A stretch of DNA of 64,000 bases from an uncultured Gammaproteobacteria bacterium (GCA_964405655.1 CAYOOO010000003.1:11758-75757); one strand, 5' to 3'. Positions 8,874 to 19,233 are shown, counted from the first letter of the stretch. Numbers and translations: made by a program. Notes: a model not told the origin generated them from the sequence alone.

Positions 8874-10655
8874 ATGCGTATCATACTAGCTTTCTTAATT
8901 GGCGTGATCGCCTTCTTTTTCTTTGGAGAGCTCATCAATAGAATCTTTAGAAAGCCTCTTCACAGCATTCCAGGTCTACTACTAATAGTCCTGGGCTTTT
9001 TTATTGGGCTTTGGGGAGAAATGTTCTTTACCCCACCGCTCGATATTTTAATGGGAGTATTTTTACTGGGTGCAGGTATTGGTTTGACTTCCCACCACCT
9101 GCTATCACAGCGTTATCTTATCTCAGAAAGGATCGAAAAAGATTTTGTCAGGCGTCACGAGACTCTTTTTGAAAGGACTTTAGAGATTCTACCTGGAACT
9201 TTAACCTGGCTAGCTTTAACTTCGCCACTTTGGCTCTCACTAACCTTACCTTTTGCTGTGGCATATCTTATTATCATTGCTGACATCTATTGGTTGATCT
9301 CAGCCTTAAGAATTGCAGTTCTAATTTTAATCGGATATCACAAAATGGAGTGGGCTAAAAAACAATCTTGGTTTGAAGACCTGAAAAAAGATTTCCCCAA
9401 AGTTTGGGATAACTATTATCATCTCATCATCTTACCTACCTATAAAGAAAGCTTAGAGGTACTGGCCCCAGCTTTTGAGGCAATTGCCTCCTCAAATTAC
9501 GATAAAGGAAAGATCTTTTTAGCAGTTGGTTTTGAGGAGTTTGCTCCAAAGCAGCAAGTTAGTGAGATTAAAAAATATCTGAATAAGTATCAAAAGCACA
9601 TTGGCGGAGTCTTTACTACTGTTCATATAATTCAACCTAATGAGATCAAAGGACCTGGTACTAACAGAAACTGGATCGTTAAAAACGCAGTTTTAGAGTT
9701 TGAACAAAGAGGAATTGATTTTGATAAAGTAATCGTTACCACACTTGATGCTGATTTTGTCATCCACACTCAATTTCTAGCCGGAGCCCTACATAAGTAC
9801 CTTTCAACTGCCAAAGAGGTTCGAGATAAAAGAAGCTATACTGGAGTATTTTTGTATCATAATAACTACTGGCAATCCCCAGCACCTATGAGACTAATTG
9901 CAACCGGCACTGCCCTTTGGCAACTGGCAGAAATGGTCGGATCGGATAAATATATGAACTTTTCCTCTTTATCTATTAATCTAAAATCGCTTATGGATAT
10001 TGGCGGCTGGATACCCAATAAAGTTAACGATGATTCAGGTTTTTACTGGAAAGCTTATTTCCACTTTAAAGGAGATTATAAGGTCATTCCTCACTTTATG
10101 CCTATTAGTGCAGACTCAGTCTTAGATGTCTCTTTATTTAAAACTTTTCAAAACCAATATCTTCAACTTAAACGCTGGGCCTATGGAGTCGAACATATCC
10201 CATTTGTTTTTAAACAATATTTTCAAAGGACTGATATTGACTTTTGGGATAAGACAGATAAGTTACTCTTTGTAATTTGGTCAAACTTAAAGTGGGGTTC
10301 GCTTGCCCTTTTTGTAACGTTTGCTGGCTTTATTATTCCACTGATTAATTCTACTTATAATGAATCCGCTGTTGCCATAAACTTACCAATTATTTCAAGC
10401 TGGATCCTAACAGCCGCTTTTTTGGGCTTATTTGCAACTATTTATGTCCATGAAAAAACTGTTCCCAAGCGACCCAGTAATTGGTCACTTTTTACTAAAT
10501 TTTGGTCTTATATCCAATTTTTACTGGTGCCAATTGTGATTGTAACAATTTCAACATTGCCAGCAATTGATGCACAGACTTCGTTGATGTTTGGTCGATA
10601 TTTAGAATTTCGTACTACCAATAAAGCAAGGTTAACCACAGAAGCGGTCAAATGA
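8874..10655 (+). CDS. Integral-membrane processive GT2 glycosyltransferase (cellulose/chitin-synthase-like, QxxRW)
   Basis: N- and C-terminal TM bundles flank a cytoplasmic domain with ILPTYKE, KGPGTNRNW, TLDADF (DxD) and QLKRWAYG (QxxRW) motifs. Confidence 0.55.
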   Translation: MRIILAFLIGVIAFFFFGELINRIFRKPLHSIPGLLLIVLGFFIGLWGEMFFTPPLDILMGVFLLGAGIGLTSHHLLSQRYLISERIEKDFVRRHETLFERTLEILPGTLTWLALTSPLWLSLTLPFAVAYLIIIADIYWLISALRIAVLILIGYHKMEWAKKQSWFEDLKKDFPKVWDNYYHLIILPTYKESLEVLAPAFEAIASSNYDKGKIFLAVGFEEFAPKQQVSEIKKYLNKYQKHIGGVFTTVHIIQPNEIKGPGTNRNWIVKNAVLEFEQRGIDFDKVIVTTLDADFVIHTQFLAGALHKYLSTAKEVRDKRSYTGVFLYHNNYWQSPAPMRLIATGTALWQLAEMVGSDKYMNFSSLSINLKSLMDIGGWIPNKVNDDSGFYWKAYFHFKGDYKVIPHFMPISADSVLDVSLFKTFQNQYLQLKRWAYGVEHIPFVFKQYFQRTDIDFWDKTDKLLFVIWSNLKWGSLALFVTFAGFIIPLINSTYNESAVAINLPIISSWILTAAFLGLFATIYVHEKTVPKRPSNWSLFTKFWSYIQFLLVPIVIVTISTLPAIDAQTSLMFGRYLEFRTTNKARLTTEAVK

Positions 10656-11038
10656 ACAATCAAACTGAAAAAAGAGATTTTGGTCAAAACCTTAAAAACA
10701 TTTACGACCGAACTCATCCTTTAGTTTTTATTTCAGTCACCATCACCTTAATTTCTATTATAATAATGCTTATCATTTGGGCTATTAATCTAAAGAGCTT
10801 GCCTCCTAAGATCCCTCTTTTTTACTCACTCCCCTGGGGCGAACAACAGCTTGTTTCTGCTTTACAGTTTGTTATTCTGCCCGCTATAGTAATATTGATT
10901 GGGCTTATTAATTTGATAATTTCGCTGCTTTTACATCCATCTCAACTGATAGTTAAAATCCTACTTCATATCACCACAGCCATTGTGGCGCTCCTTACAC
11001 TAGTTACTACTTGGAATATTATTTATACTTTTATCTGA
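10652..11038 (+). CDS. Small polytopic membrane protein (128 aa), translationally coupled (ATGA overlap) to the GT2 synthase
   Basis: Three or four TM helices. Start overlaps the upstream stop by 4 nt. Confidence 0.4.
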   Translation: MNNQTEKRDFGQNLKNIYDRTHPLVFISVTITLISIIIMLIIWAINLKSLPPKIPLFYSLPWGEQQLVSALQFVILPAIVILIGLINLIISLLLHPSQLIVKILLHITTAIVALLTLVTTWNIIYTFI

Positions 11039-11069
11039 GATTACTCAGCTTAAACTTAAATTTGGGCTA

Positions 11070-12158
11070 ATGGATAAAGTTATATTGCCTTTTTTAATAA
11101 GTCTTTTAATTACTATTGTCTCCACCCCGCTGGCGATTATCTTTGCTAAAAAATATAAACTGGTTGATAACCCAAGAGTCAGACCTCATCCTGCTCATGT
11201 CCAAAAAAGGATAATACCAAGAGCTGGTGGACTACCTATATACATAGGCTTGATAATATCTATCTTGCTTTTTATCCCAATGGATAAACATATCCTAGGA
11301 ATCATCTTAGCAGCTACATTACTTTTAGTTATCGGCTTAATTGATGATGTACTAAAAAATTTTAGCCCTTATCCGCGTCTACTGATGCAAATTATTGCTG
11401 CTGGTATAATAGTCATCTCAGGAACTGGCATTACCTTTGTAACTAACCCGTTTGGAGGAATCCTCAGATTAGATCAGTTTGTTTTTCCAGTTGAATTTTT
11501 TGGGACCCATAACATAATACTACTTGCAGATTTGCTGGCATTTATTTGGATCGTCTGGATGATGAACATGATCAACTGGTCAAAAGGAGTTGATGGGCAA
11601 ATGGCTGGTATCGTTGCTGTCGCAGCTTTGACTATTGGCTTTTTATCCATTAAGCTTTTTAATCAAGGTGATCCTAATCAACTAGCGATTGCTCTTTTGG
11701 CTTTTATCACCTCAGGTGTCTCCTTGGGTTTTCTAATCTTTAATTGGTTCCCTTCAAAGATTATGCCAGCCTTTTCAGGTTCAAGTATCTTAGGTTTGAT
11801 GATTGCTGTTTTATCAATCTTATCTGGGGCAAAACTGGCAACTGCCCTGCTGGTGATGCTTATACCCTCGGTCGACTTTCTCTATACATTTTTTAGACGG
11901 ATTGCTTCAGGTAAATCCCCCTTCCTAGGTGATCAACAACATCTTCATCATCTGCTTCTTAAAGCTGGTTGGTCTCACCAGAGAATTTCCTTGTTTTACA
12001 TATCTTCCTGTGCTATTCTGGGTTTGCTTGCAACCAGCCTATCAACTGAGGGTAAATTATTTATCGCTCTGGCAGTTGGAGTAATTATATTAGGAACTAT
12101 TTTATGGTTAAATTCCTTTGGGCACTCATTCGAGCAGTCAGACCAAGACAATGGATAA
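11070..12158 (+). CDS. Polyprenyl-phosphate N-acetylhexosamine-1-phosphate transferase (WecA/MraY family, GT4)
   Basis: DNPRVRPHPAHVQKRIIPRAGGLPIYIG and IGLIDDV motifs, 10 or more TM helices. Confidence 0.75.
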   Translation: MDKVILPFLISLLITIVSTPLAIIFAKKYKLVDNPRVRPHPAHVQKRIIPRAGGLPIYIGLIISILLFIPMDKHILGIILAATLLLVIGLIDDVLKNFSPYPRLLMQIIAAGIIVISGTGITFVTNPFGGILRLDQFVFPVEFFGTHNIILLADLLAFIWIVWMMNMINWSKGVDGQMAGIVAVAALTIGFLSIKLFNQGDPNQLAIALLAFITSGVSLGFLIFNWFPSKIMPAFSGSSILGLMIAVLSILSGAKLATALLVMLIPSVDFLYTFFRRIASGKSPFLGDQQHLHHLLLKAGWSHQRISLFYISSCAILGLLATSLSTEGKLFIALAVGVIILGTILWLNSFGHSFEQSDQDNG

Positions 12159-13036
12159 AAAATTTTGCTCTCTTTGCCGGGTTAATCTTCTCGGGACAAC
12201 TGACTAACCCGCTTTCCCAAACACTAGTTTTCAATGCCTTTTTAATCTTTTGCGGAGCAGCGTCCGCTACCTATCTTCTAAACGATATTTTTGATATTGA
12301 AAGAGATCGGTTACATCCATTTAAGAATAAACGCCCGATTGCAGCCGGTCTAATCTCTGTGCCTCAAGCTATTGCCATTGCACTAGGGTTGATACTACTG
12401 ATTCTACCTTTTTCTTACCGACTATCCCCAGCTTTCTTCCTAGCTGTAATGATCTATCTAATATTACAATTGTCTTATTCATTTTACCTAAAGTCAGTTA
12501 TCTTGCTTGACGTTATGGCAATCGCTGCTGGGTTTGTCTTAAGAATCTATGCTGGGGTTTGGGTAATCGATGCTCACTTAAATGTTTGGTTTTTATTAAC
12601 AGTTATCTCATTTGCTCTCTTCTTGGCTATTGGAAAAAGAAGGTCAGAGTTAACTTTGCTTCAAGCCCAAGCTTCAAAACACAGAGAAACTTTACTTCAT
12701 TACCCTGAAAATCTTTTAGACATTTTGACTAGTATGTTCGCCAACTCAACCTGGCTCTCCTATGCTTTTTTTGCTTTTCTTCAACCACCAATCTCAGCTA
12801 GAAGCAGCTTTACAGATCTTTTAGATAGCTTCTCTCTACCTTTTGCCAAAGCTAAATACTTAATGGCAACTGTCCCCTTAGTAATTTATGGAGTGATGAG
12901 ATACCTTTATATCATTTATGAGAAAAAAGAGGGTGAGTCACCTGAGCGGGTTTTACTAACTGATAAGCCTCTACTACTAACTGTCATACTTTGGCTATTA
13001 ATGGTTGTTGGAATAATCTATTACTTAGGCGCTTAA
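12104..13036 (+). CDS. UbiA-family prenyltransferase, decaprenyl-phosphate phosphoribosyltransferase (DPPR synthase)-like
   Basis: N-terminal RPRQWIKNFALFAG signature of the DPPR-synthase subfamily, NDIFDIERDR aspartate-rich motif, polytopic membrane. The 55-nt overlap with the upstream gene suggests start ambiguity. Confidence 0.6.
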   Translation: MVKFLWALIRAVRPRQWIKNFALFAGLIFSGQLTNPLSQTLVFNAFLIFCGAASATYLLNDIFDIERDRLHPFKNKRPIAAGLISVPQAIAIALGLILLILPFSYRLSPAFFLAVMIYLILQLSYSFYLKSVILLDVMAIAAGFVLRIYAGVWVIDAHLNVWFLLTVISFALFLAIGKRRSELTLLQAQASKHRETLLHYPENLLDILTSMFANSTWLSYAFFAFLQPPISARSSFTDLLDSFSLPFAKAKYLMATVPLVIYGVMRYLYIIYEKKEGESPERVLLTDKPLLLTVILWLLMVVGIIYYLGA

Positions 13037-13054
13037 GTGAAAATAATATTATTA

Positions 13055-13071
13055 CCCACACCCGGTGTGGG
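13055..13071. terminator. GC-rich hairpin CCCACAC-CCG-GTGTGGG between convergent genes (putative bidirectional terminator)
   Basis: 7-bp GC-rich stem flanked by A/T-rich sequence. Shares the CACAYCCGGTGTG core with the hairpin at 2282-2300. Confidence 0.35.
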
Positions 13072-13083
13072 TTAGCTAGACAC

Positions 13084-13908
13084 CTAGGGATTTTTCTTCT
13101 CGGTATAAACGCTAGAAACGTAACCTTCTTTGCCATCAGATAATCTAACCCTGTTCCAATTTGGAATCTCCTCAAGCAAAGTTAAAGTCTCCCCGCTGTT
13201 AACACGAGCTATCTCTTGAGCATTAGTTGAAGGAGAGCTGCGGACTCTTAGGAACCCAGTTGGGGTAGACTTAACTATCACCTGCGCAGTTTGTGAGATG
13301 GGGATAGTTGGGTTTTTGCTCAAATCTGGCTCTGAAATTGCCAGATCAACATTTAAAGTTAAATTAAAACCGTCAATCACTGTTGCTCTGATACTTCTTT
13401 TTAAGTAACCATCTTTTGAAATAATAAATTGATGCTCAGCAGAGGGTAAATCTTTTATTGACAGCGGTGTTCGGCCATAAGATTTACCATTGGCTGTAAC
13501 TTCTGCAGCTGATGGCTGGGAGACCACTGTGACTGCAGCCCCTTTACTGAGGGTAATTACTTCTCCAGAAGAAGCAGCTTTGGTTGAGGCCAGTTCTCTA
13601 TTGACTACAGTCAAAGTGCCATTATTCAAATCGACATATCCTTGCCAAAAAGCTTTAGCTGAAGAGGTAGCCTCAGTGGTTGGTTCAACTTTAACTAAAT
13701 ACTCACCTTGAGTTAAATCCTCATTTAAGTAAGGAGTAGTCCCTACTTCTTTATTATTTAGGTAAACTTTAGCTTTATCATTAACAGTTACCCTAACACC
13801 CGCTCTGGTCTTTATACCTAAAGTTTTGATTAGTGGCTCATAACCAAACCTTAGAAGTAGGGCAATTATACTTAAAAAAGCTAATAAACCAAGCAGAGCT
13901 TTCTTCAT
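13084..13908 (-). CDS. Membrane-anchored protein with two PEGA-like domains and a C-terminal bacterial SH3 (SH3b) domain
   Basis: N-terminal TM helix; C-terminus GFLRVRSSPSTNAQEIARVNSGETLTLLEEIPNWNRVRLSDGKEGYVSSVY is a canonical SH3_3 fold signature. Confidence 0.6.
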   Translation of the reverse strand: MKKALLGLLAFLSIIALLLRFGYEPLIKTLGIKTRAGVRVTVNDKAKVYLNNKEVGTTPYLNEDLTQGEYLVKVEPTTEATSSAKAFWQGYVDLNNGTLTVVNRELASTKAASSGEVITLSKGAAVTVVSQPSAAEVTANGKSYGRTPLSIKDLPSAEHQFIISKDGYLKRSIRATVIDGFNLTLNVDLAISEPDLSKNPTIPISQTAQVIVKSTPTGFLRVRSSPSTNAQEIARVNSGETLTLLEEIPNWNRVRLSDGKEGYVSSVYTEKKNP

Positions 13909-14220
13909 GGGTACTATATTATATTACGCCCATAAGGGGTCCAGGCAAGGTTTAAGTTCTCTTCAGATCAAGACTGAAGAAGGTTCAAAAAACCCCTCCC
14001 AAATTTGAATCAGCCTACCCTTTAATTTGACTGGGGCCAAACTTTCTGTTAGAATATGCATTTGTCCTGCCTTAATGGCAGGATTTTAATGTTAAAAGGA
14101 CAGCTATCACTGTTCCTGCTTGCATTGATTATAAATTCGTTGCAGGCGGGTCTGCCCAAAATTCATTTTCCCAAAAAAATCATTTCAAAAAAGCTTATCC
14201 ACAGTAAGTTTTTTTTAAAA

Positions 14221-14802
14221 ATGAAGCTTTCTTCTAAAATCGCTTTGGGGGTTATTTGTTTACTCTTTTTTCTAGATTATCAACCAGTTTTAGGTATTCC
14301 ACCTATTAGAAAAGCAGTGGTCAGAGCCCAAGCCGAGCAATCGCAAACTATTAATCCTCAGGAAAATCCAATTGTTTTCCAGCTACCCCACCCAGGTTAT
14401 CTAAGCACTCCATTCTCTTCTTATCATCCTGGTATTGATATGGCGACTGGTTTAGGTATGCCAATTAAGCCAATTGCCAAAGGAGAGGTTATTGAAGAAG
14501 GTTATAATTTTTGGGGGTTAGGATTAATGGTGGTTATTAAGCACGACCAAGGCTACATCTCAACTTATGGACATCTTGGCAAAATATATGTCAAGAAAGG
14601 TCAGGTTGTTGATGTTAGCAATTATATCGGCGAGGTTGGCTTAACCGGACATACATCAGGACCCCATACTCATTTAGAGATAACCAAAGATAGCAAAAAG
14701 GTTGATCCAGTGGCGCTGCTACCTAAAATCCGGGAAATACCTACAGAGGCTGATTTTATACCAGTAACTGCCAAAGGCGGTCCAATCTCTATTAGTCAGT
14801 AA
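14221..14802 (+). CDS. M23-family (LytM) peptidoglycan endopeptidase
   Basis: HPGIDMA (HxxxD) and GHTSGPHTHLEI (HxH) zinc-binding motifs. Start placed at the Met preceding the hydrophobic anchor MKLSSKIALGVICLLFF (ORF track starts at 14056). Confidence 0.7.
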   Translation: MKLSSKIALGVICLLFFLDYQPVLGIPPIRKAVVRAQAEQSQTINPQENPIVFQLPHPGYLSTPFSSYHPGIDMATGLGMPIKPIAKGEVIEEGYNFWGLGLMVVIKHDQGYISTYGHLGKIYVKKGQVVDVSNYIGEVGLTGHTSGPHTHLEITKDSKKVDPVALLPKIREIPTEADFIPVTAKGGPISISQ

Positions 14803-14805
14803 AGT

Positions 14806-16446
14806 TTATCCAGCGTTTCTATTGATCCTCAGTCTAAATAATAAACCTGGAGGATTGAGGGTGTTTTCAGCAGTTAGAGGAACTTCCAGTTGTTCAGAAA
14901 TAACCTTTGCCATATAGCCCTCCAAACCACTTCCTAACCTTAAGTTACTCCTATTAGATAAGTCTCCGTAATATTCCGTAAAGATCTGTTGAATACCATC
15001 AGCCGGCAGGGGGGTGCAGTTAGCTGAAATCGTTATATCAACAGTTTGCGGATTTACCTTAGCTAAACTAAGTTCAGCTACTGAGTCATTTTTTTCAGAA
15101 GATAGTAGAATAGCTAAATCTACTAACTTGGAGATTAGGATACTAAACCAGCGGATATCTACTGCAGCAGAAAAGGCTGAATTTTGATCTAACTCCTTTT
15201 TAGTGTGCTCTGTCAAAGGCATCTTTAAAGTTTCAATCTCAAAAACCTCTTCTTTAGGAAGGGTTAATTTTAACCTGACGCCAATGCTTTTCGCTAAAGA
15301 TTGCTTTAAATTAATTATCTGCTGACAAATATAGGCAGTATCAGTCATAGTTTTTACTTCTTTAATTGGATGATCTTCAAGTTCAAAGGAGGTAAATAGG
15401 TCTTGTTCAGTTTTGGTTAAAAATTCCAACTCAGTTTGAAGCAAAGGCAAATTTAAGGAAGATAATTCTTTTTTAATATTGTCTGTCATGGCAGTATGCC
15501 TCATTAAAACTTGCTCAAGCTTGCTGTGTTGCTGCTCTTCGACAATTGCTTGATCAGGACTAATCACAAAAATTAGATGGGTAACTATCCCTTGCTCGTC
15601 TGCAATTGGTCTAATTTGAATACTAACCTTAGAAGCTTTAGCACCCGGTCTTAGTTGAACATAATAACCCTTAATAATCCGGCTAGTTTTTTCGATCAAA
15701 ACCCGGTCGATTGAAAGTGAGCTGATGCTGACTGGTAAAGTGCTCTCATCCTGAATATGAATTACTTCAAGCAAGTTTTTGCCGACAATTTCGCTACTAA
15801 GTACGTCTAAGGATCTTTCGACTGCTTCCCCAACTGATACAACTTTTAAATTTTGATCAGTCACCAGCACAAACTCACTAACTCCTCTTAAGAGTGACTG
15901 TTGTTGTAGCTTACTAATCCGCATCTCCTGGCTAATTATCTTTAAAAGCTTGTCTTTAAGATGATAGTAACGAGATAGGTAGATGACCAAAGGTATGATC
16001 ACAACCAAAGATGAAACGTAGAGCAGAACCGGACCAGGATCCAGTAGCAGCATACTTTTAACAGCTGGGTTAAACCAGGTATATACTCCAACTGTTATTA
16101 AAGCAGAAATTAGAAAGGTTAAGGCGGGTAACCTGCTTAGTAAAAAACTTGCACCTAAGGTAAAAAGGTGAATCAGTATAAAAAATGGACTGTAAAAACC
16201 ACCTGATGAAAGAATTAAAAACTGAACAAACAAACTGGAGATGAATAAAAAACCTGCCCGATAAAAACCTGAGGAGATAATACTAACTTTTTTAAAAACA
16301 AACTTGTTTAAGAAAAAAAGTAGAATTAAAAGAAGGACAATTACTGCTTGCTGAATAGCAGTTACTGGCAAACGGTAATAGACAATACCACCTGCTAGCA
16401 GTGCAGCTAAAAGAAAAGTTGCTGCATCCTTTAAGGAAGAGACCAT
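14806..16446 (-). CDS. Polytopic membrane sensor protein with C-terminal GHKL-ATPase-like domain (degenerate histidine-kinase-like)
   Basis: Four or more N-terminal TM helices, central PAS-like region, C-terminal NLRLGSGLEGYMAKVI (G2-box-like). No clear H-box seen. Confidence 0.45.
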   Translation of the reverse strand: MVSSLKDAATFLLAALLAGGIVYYRLPVTAIQQAVIVLLLILLFFLNKFVFKKVSIISSGFYRAGFLFISSLFVQFLILSSGGFYSPFFILIHLFTLGASFLLSRLPALTFLISALITVGVYTWFNPAVKSMLLLDPGPVLLYVSSLVVIIPLVIYLSRYYHLKDKLLKIISQEMRISKLQQQSLLRGVSEFVLVTDQNLKVVSVGEAVERSLDVLSSEIVGKNLLEVIHIQDESTLPVSISSLSIDRVLIEKTSRIIKGYYVQLRPGAKASKVSIQIRPIADEQGIVTHLIFVISPDQAIVEEQQHSKLEQVLMRHTAMTDNIKKELSSLNLPLLQTELEFLTKTEQDLFTSFELEDHPIKEVKTMTDTAYICQQIINLKQSLAKSIGVRLKLTLPKEEVFEIETLKMPLTEHTKKELDQNSAFSAAVDIRWFSILISKLVDLAILLSSEKNDSVAELSLAKVNPQTVDITISANCTPLPADGIQQIFTEYYGDLSNRSNLRLGSGLEGYMAKVISEQLEVPLTAENTLNPPGLLFRLRINRNAG

Positions 16447-16450
16447 ACCT

Positions 16451-17047
16451 TCATTCTACTAACTCTCCCTCTACTGCTACAACTGGTCCGGTTCCCCTTC
16501 CTTGATGCTCTCTTTCTCTATTGATCAGTCTTTCTAAAACATTTTTAAATTCAATTGGGCTTTCTACATATTTTAAAATTATCTCATCCTTATCTGACCC
16601 AGCAGTATGAACTTTAATCATACCATGATGTAAAAATAACCTATCATAAAGGGATTGGTCCATTTCGATATGAGTAATCTTATCGTATAAAGCAGAGGTT
16701 AGTTTAACTGCTAGAATACCTTTTTTGAGAATAACTCTTCTTGTTGTCAATAAATACCTGTTAGCATGATAGGTCCATAGAGTTTTCAGATAAGAGAAAA
16801 CGATGGCAATTAGTAAACCAATTAACAATCCATATCCTAAAGCTATAGCTTTTGTGAAATAGGCGTAGGCAAATCCACCTAATATGAAAATCATTCCTGG
16901 CCAAAAAATTTGGAGAATAAAGTGTTGTCTTAAATAAGTTTTGCCAAAGCCAGTTGCGATCACTAACTCCTCATCCTCAGATAAAAAATGAGCAAATGAT
17001 TTCTTATCTTTTAAAGACGCACCCTCAGAGTACTTAGACTTACCCAT
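16451..17047 (-). CDS. Bacterial PH-domain (bPH_2/DUF304, YdbS/YdbT-like) membrane protein
   Basis: Two-TM hairpin followed by a PH-like domain (RRVILKKGILAVKLTSALYDKITHIEMDQSLYDRLF...). Confidence 0.55.
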   Translation of the reverse strand: MGKSKYSEGASLKDKKSFAHFLSEDEELVIATGFGKTYLRQHFILQIFWPGMIFILGGFAYAYFTKAIALGYGLLIGLLIAIVFSYLKTLWTYHANRYLLTTRRVILKKGILAVKLTSALYDKITHIEMDQSLYDRLFLHHGMIKVHTAGSDKDEIILKYVESPIEFKNVLERLINREREHQGRGTGPVVAVEGELVE

Positions 17048-17173
17048 ACCTAAATCATACTACAAGTATTAGGTGGAGACTTAAATGAGGTTTAATCGAT
17101 AAAGCTTATGTTGGACGATTCGGCAGTACAAAGTTTTTTAACAAAGTTAGCTTGTCCGAATCTGTCCAAATAA

Positions 17174-18823
17174 CTAATATTCGCCCATGCCGCCTGGCAT
17201 ACCCGCTGGCATAGCTGGAGTCTGTTCTTTCTCAGGAGCATCAGTTACTAAAACATGGGTAGTCATGACCATAATCGCAACAGATGCAGCATTTTGAAGT
17301 GCGCTTCTTGTGACTTTAACTGGATCGATAATTCCTCTTTGAACCAAATCCCCAAACTCATCTTTCAAGACATCGTAACCAAAGTTAAAATCTTTTCTAC
17401 CTGAAGCCTCAAATTTATCAGTAATTGTTCTAACTACCCAGCCATCATCAACTCCAGCGTTTTGAACTAGCCTTCTTAAGGGTGCTTCGCAGGCTTTAAG
17501 AACAATATGGACACCTATCTGTTCCTCACCGTCAAGTTTCATCTTGTCTAAAGATAACCTAGCAGCCTTAAGCAGTGTCACCTCTCCACCCGGTACAATT
17601 CCTTCAGCAATAGCAGATTTAGTTGCTTCAACTGCATCTGTTACCCGCTCCTTTTTCTCCTTCATCTCAACCTCAGTTGCAGCTCCAACATTGATAACTG
17701 CTACACCACCTGTCAGTTTGGCTAGTCTTTCCTGTAACTTTTCCCTGTCAAAATCAGAGTCTGAGGCTTCTATCTCTCTCCTAATTTGAGCGATCCTAGC
17801 TTGAATCTTGCCCTTCTCACCCTTACCATCAACTATTAATGTGGCATCTTTAGTTGAGATAACCCGACCTGCTCTGCCTAAATCATCTACTTCAACTGAC
17901 TCAAGCTTTCTACCAGTATCTTCAGAGATAACAGTTCCACCAGTGAGTATGGCGATGTCGTGTAGCATCTCTTTTCTTCGATCACCAAAACCTGGCGCGC
18001 CAACTGCCAATACATTAAAGGAGCCTCTTAATTTATTGACAACTAAAGTAGCCAACGCCTCTCCTTCCACCTCTTCAGCAATAATCACCAAAGTTTTGGA
18101 GACTTGGACAAATTTTTCTAAGAAAGGTAGTAAATCCTGCATTGAAGAAATCTTTTTATCAGTAATTAAAATAAATGGATCTTCCAAATTTGCCTCCATC
18201 TTATCTGTATCTGTTACAAAATAGGGTGAGGCAAATCCTTTATCAAACTCCATCCCTTCTTTATAATCCACACTCATATCCAGTGTCTTACCCTCTTCAA
18301 CTGTGACTACTCCATCCTTACCAACTTTCGCCAAAGCCTCAGAAATAATTTTGCCAATTTCCTCATCCTGGGCAGAGATAGTTGCTACCTGAACTGTTTC
18401 CTCAGGAGTGGTTAATTTTTTGCTCATATTTTTTAGCTGTTCAACAAGTGTGTTGATAGCTTTTTCAATACCTCGTCTTAGAATCATTGGATTTGAACCT
18501 GCCTGGATGTTTTTAAGCCCCTCAGAAACTATGGCTTGGGCCAAGATTGTAGCCGTTGTCGTCCCATCTCCAGCTACATCATTAGTTTTAGAGGCAGCCT
18601 CTTTTATAAGCTGTGCTCCCATATTTTCAAACGGATCTTCTAAATCAATCTCTTTAGCAACAGTCACCCCATCATGCACAACCTGCGGAGCACCCCATTT
18701 TTTATCAATTGCCACGTTTCTACCTTTAGGCCCCAAAGTTGAAGCCACTGCATCAGTTAGGATATTTATACCCTTAAGTAGTTTTTCCCTGGCTTCACCA
18801 TCAAATTTTATAATTTTTGGCAT
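17174..18823 (-). CDS. groL: Chaperonin GroEL (Cpn60)
   Basis: Full-length GroEL with [15 protein letters not shown] motif and C-terminal GGM-type tail (GMPGGMGEY). Confidence 0.95.
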   Translation of the reverse strand: MPKIIKFDGEAREKLLKGINILTDAVASTLGPKGRNVAIDKKWGAPQVVHDGVTVAKEIDLEDPFENMGAQLIKEAASKTNDVAGDGTTTATILAQAIVSEGLKNIQAGSNPMILRRGIEKAINTLVEQLKNMSKKLTTPEETVQVATISAQDEEIGKIISEALAKVGKDGVVTVEEGKTLDMSVDYKEGMEFDKGFASPYFVTDTDKMEANLEDPFILITDKKISSMQDLLPFLEKFVQVSKTLVIIAEEVEGEALATLVVNKLRGSFNVLAVGAPGFGDRRKEMLHDIAILTGGTVISEDTGRKLESVEVDDLGRAGRVISTKDATLIVDGKGEKGKIQARIAQIRREIEASDSDFDREKLQERLAKLTGGVAVINVGAATEVEMKEKKERVTDAVEATKSAIAEGIVPGGEVTLLKAARLSLDKMKLDGEEQIGVHIVLKACEAPLRRLVQNAGVDDGWVVRTITDKFEASGRKDFNFGYDVLKDEFGDLVQRGIIDPVKVTRSALQNAASVAIMVMTTHVLVTDAPEKEQTPAMPAGMPGGMGEY

Positions 18824-18903
18824 ACCTTTATTTTATAAATCCTTTCTGATAAAAATTACGATGATTTCTAATCATGCATATTTTTCCTGCCATATTTTAT
18901 TAG

Positions 18904-19233
18904 TTATTCTAAAATTGCCATTAAATCATCAAACTTAACAAGTTTGTATTCAATACCACCAAGTTTTATTTCATCTCCGCCCCATTTTTTAAAGATGACT
19001 TTATCCCCAACTTTGACCGGACAAACCATCACCTTGCCGTTCTCCAGGATTAAATCATCACCAACTGCTAAAACTTTTCCCTGAGCTGGTTTTTCCTGGA
19101 CACTCTCTGGTAAATATATCCCGGAAGAGGTGGCAGTGTCTGCCTGATCTGGTTCAATTAAGACATAACCCATTAAAGGCTTTAGATTTAAAGAGGAGCT
19201 GCTACTAGTTTTATTAACTTTTGTCTTTGCCAT
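18904..19233 (-). CDS. groS: Co-chaperonin GroES (Cpn10) with about 14-aa Ser-rich N-terminal extension
   Basis: LKPLMGYVLIEP...GKVLAVGDD...VKVGDKVIFKKWGG typical of GroES. Confidence 0.9.
   Translation of the reverse strand: MAKTKVNKTSSSSSLNLKPLMGYVLIEPDQADTATSSGIYLPESVQEKPAQGKVLAVGDDLILENGKVMVCPVKVGDKVIFKKWGGDEIKLGGIEYKLVKFDDLMAILE

Noticed and set aside
12104-12158. 55-nt overlap between the WecA-like and UbiA-like genes, considered as possible frameshift or fusion
   Set aside because: The two proteins belong to unrelated families and both are full length. More likely start-site ambiguity, or genuine overlap in a compact genome.
13909-14055. Hairpin CTTCAG-ATCAAGA-CTGAAG in a divergent promoter region, considered as a terminator
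   Set aside because: Located upstream of both flanking genes (divergent starts), so it is not in a terminator position. Possibly an operator, but no supporting repeat elsewhere.
17544-18938. Three + strand ORFs (81, 138, 176 aa) antisense to groEL/groES
   Set aside because: Ser/Thr/Pro-rich low-complexity translations of the antisense strand of a highly conserved gene.
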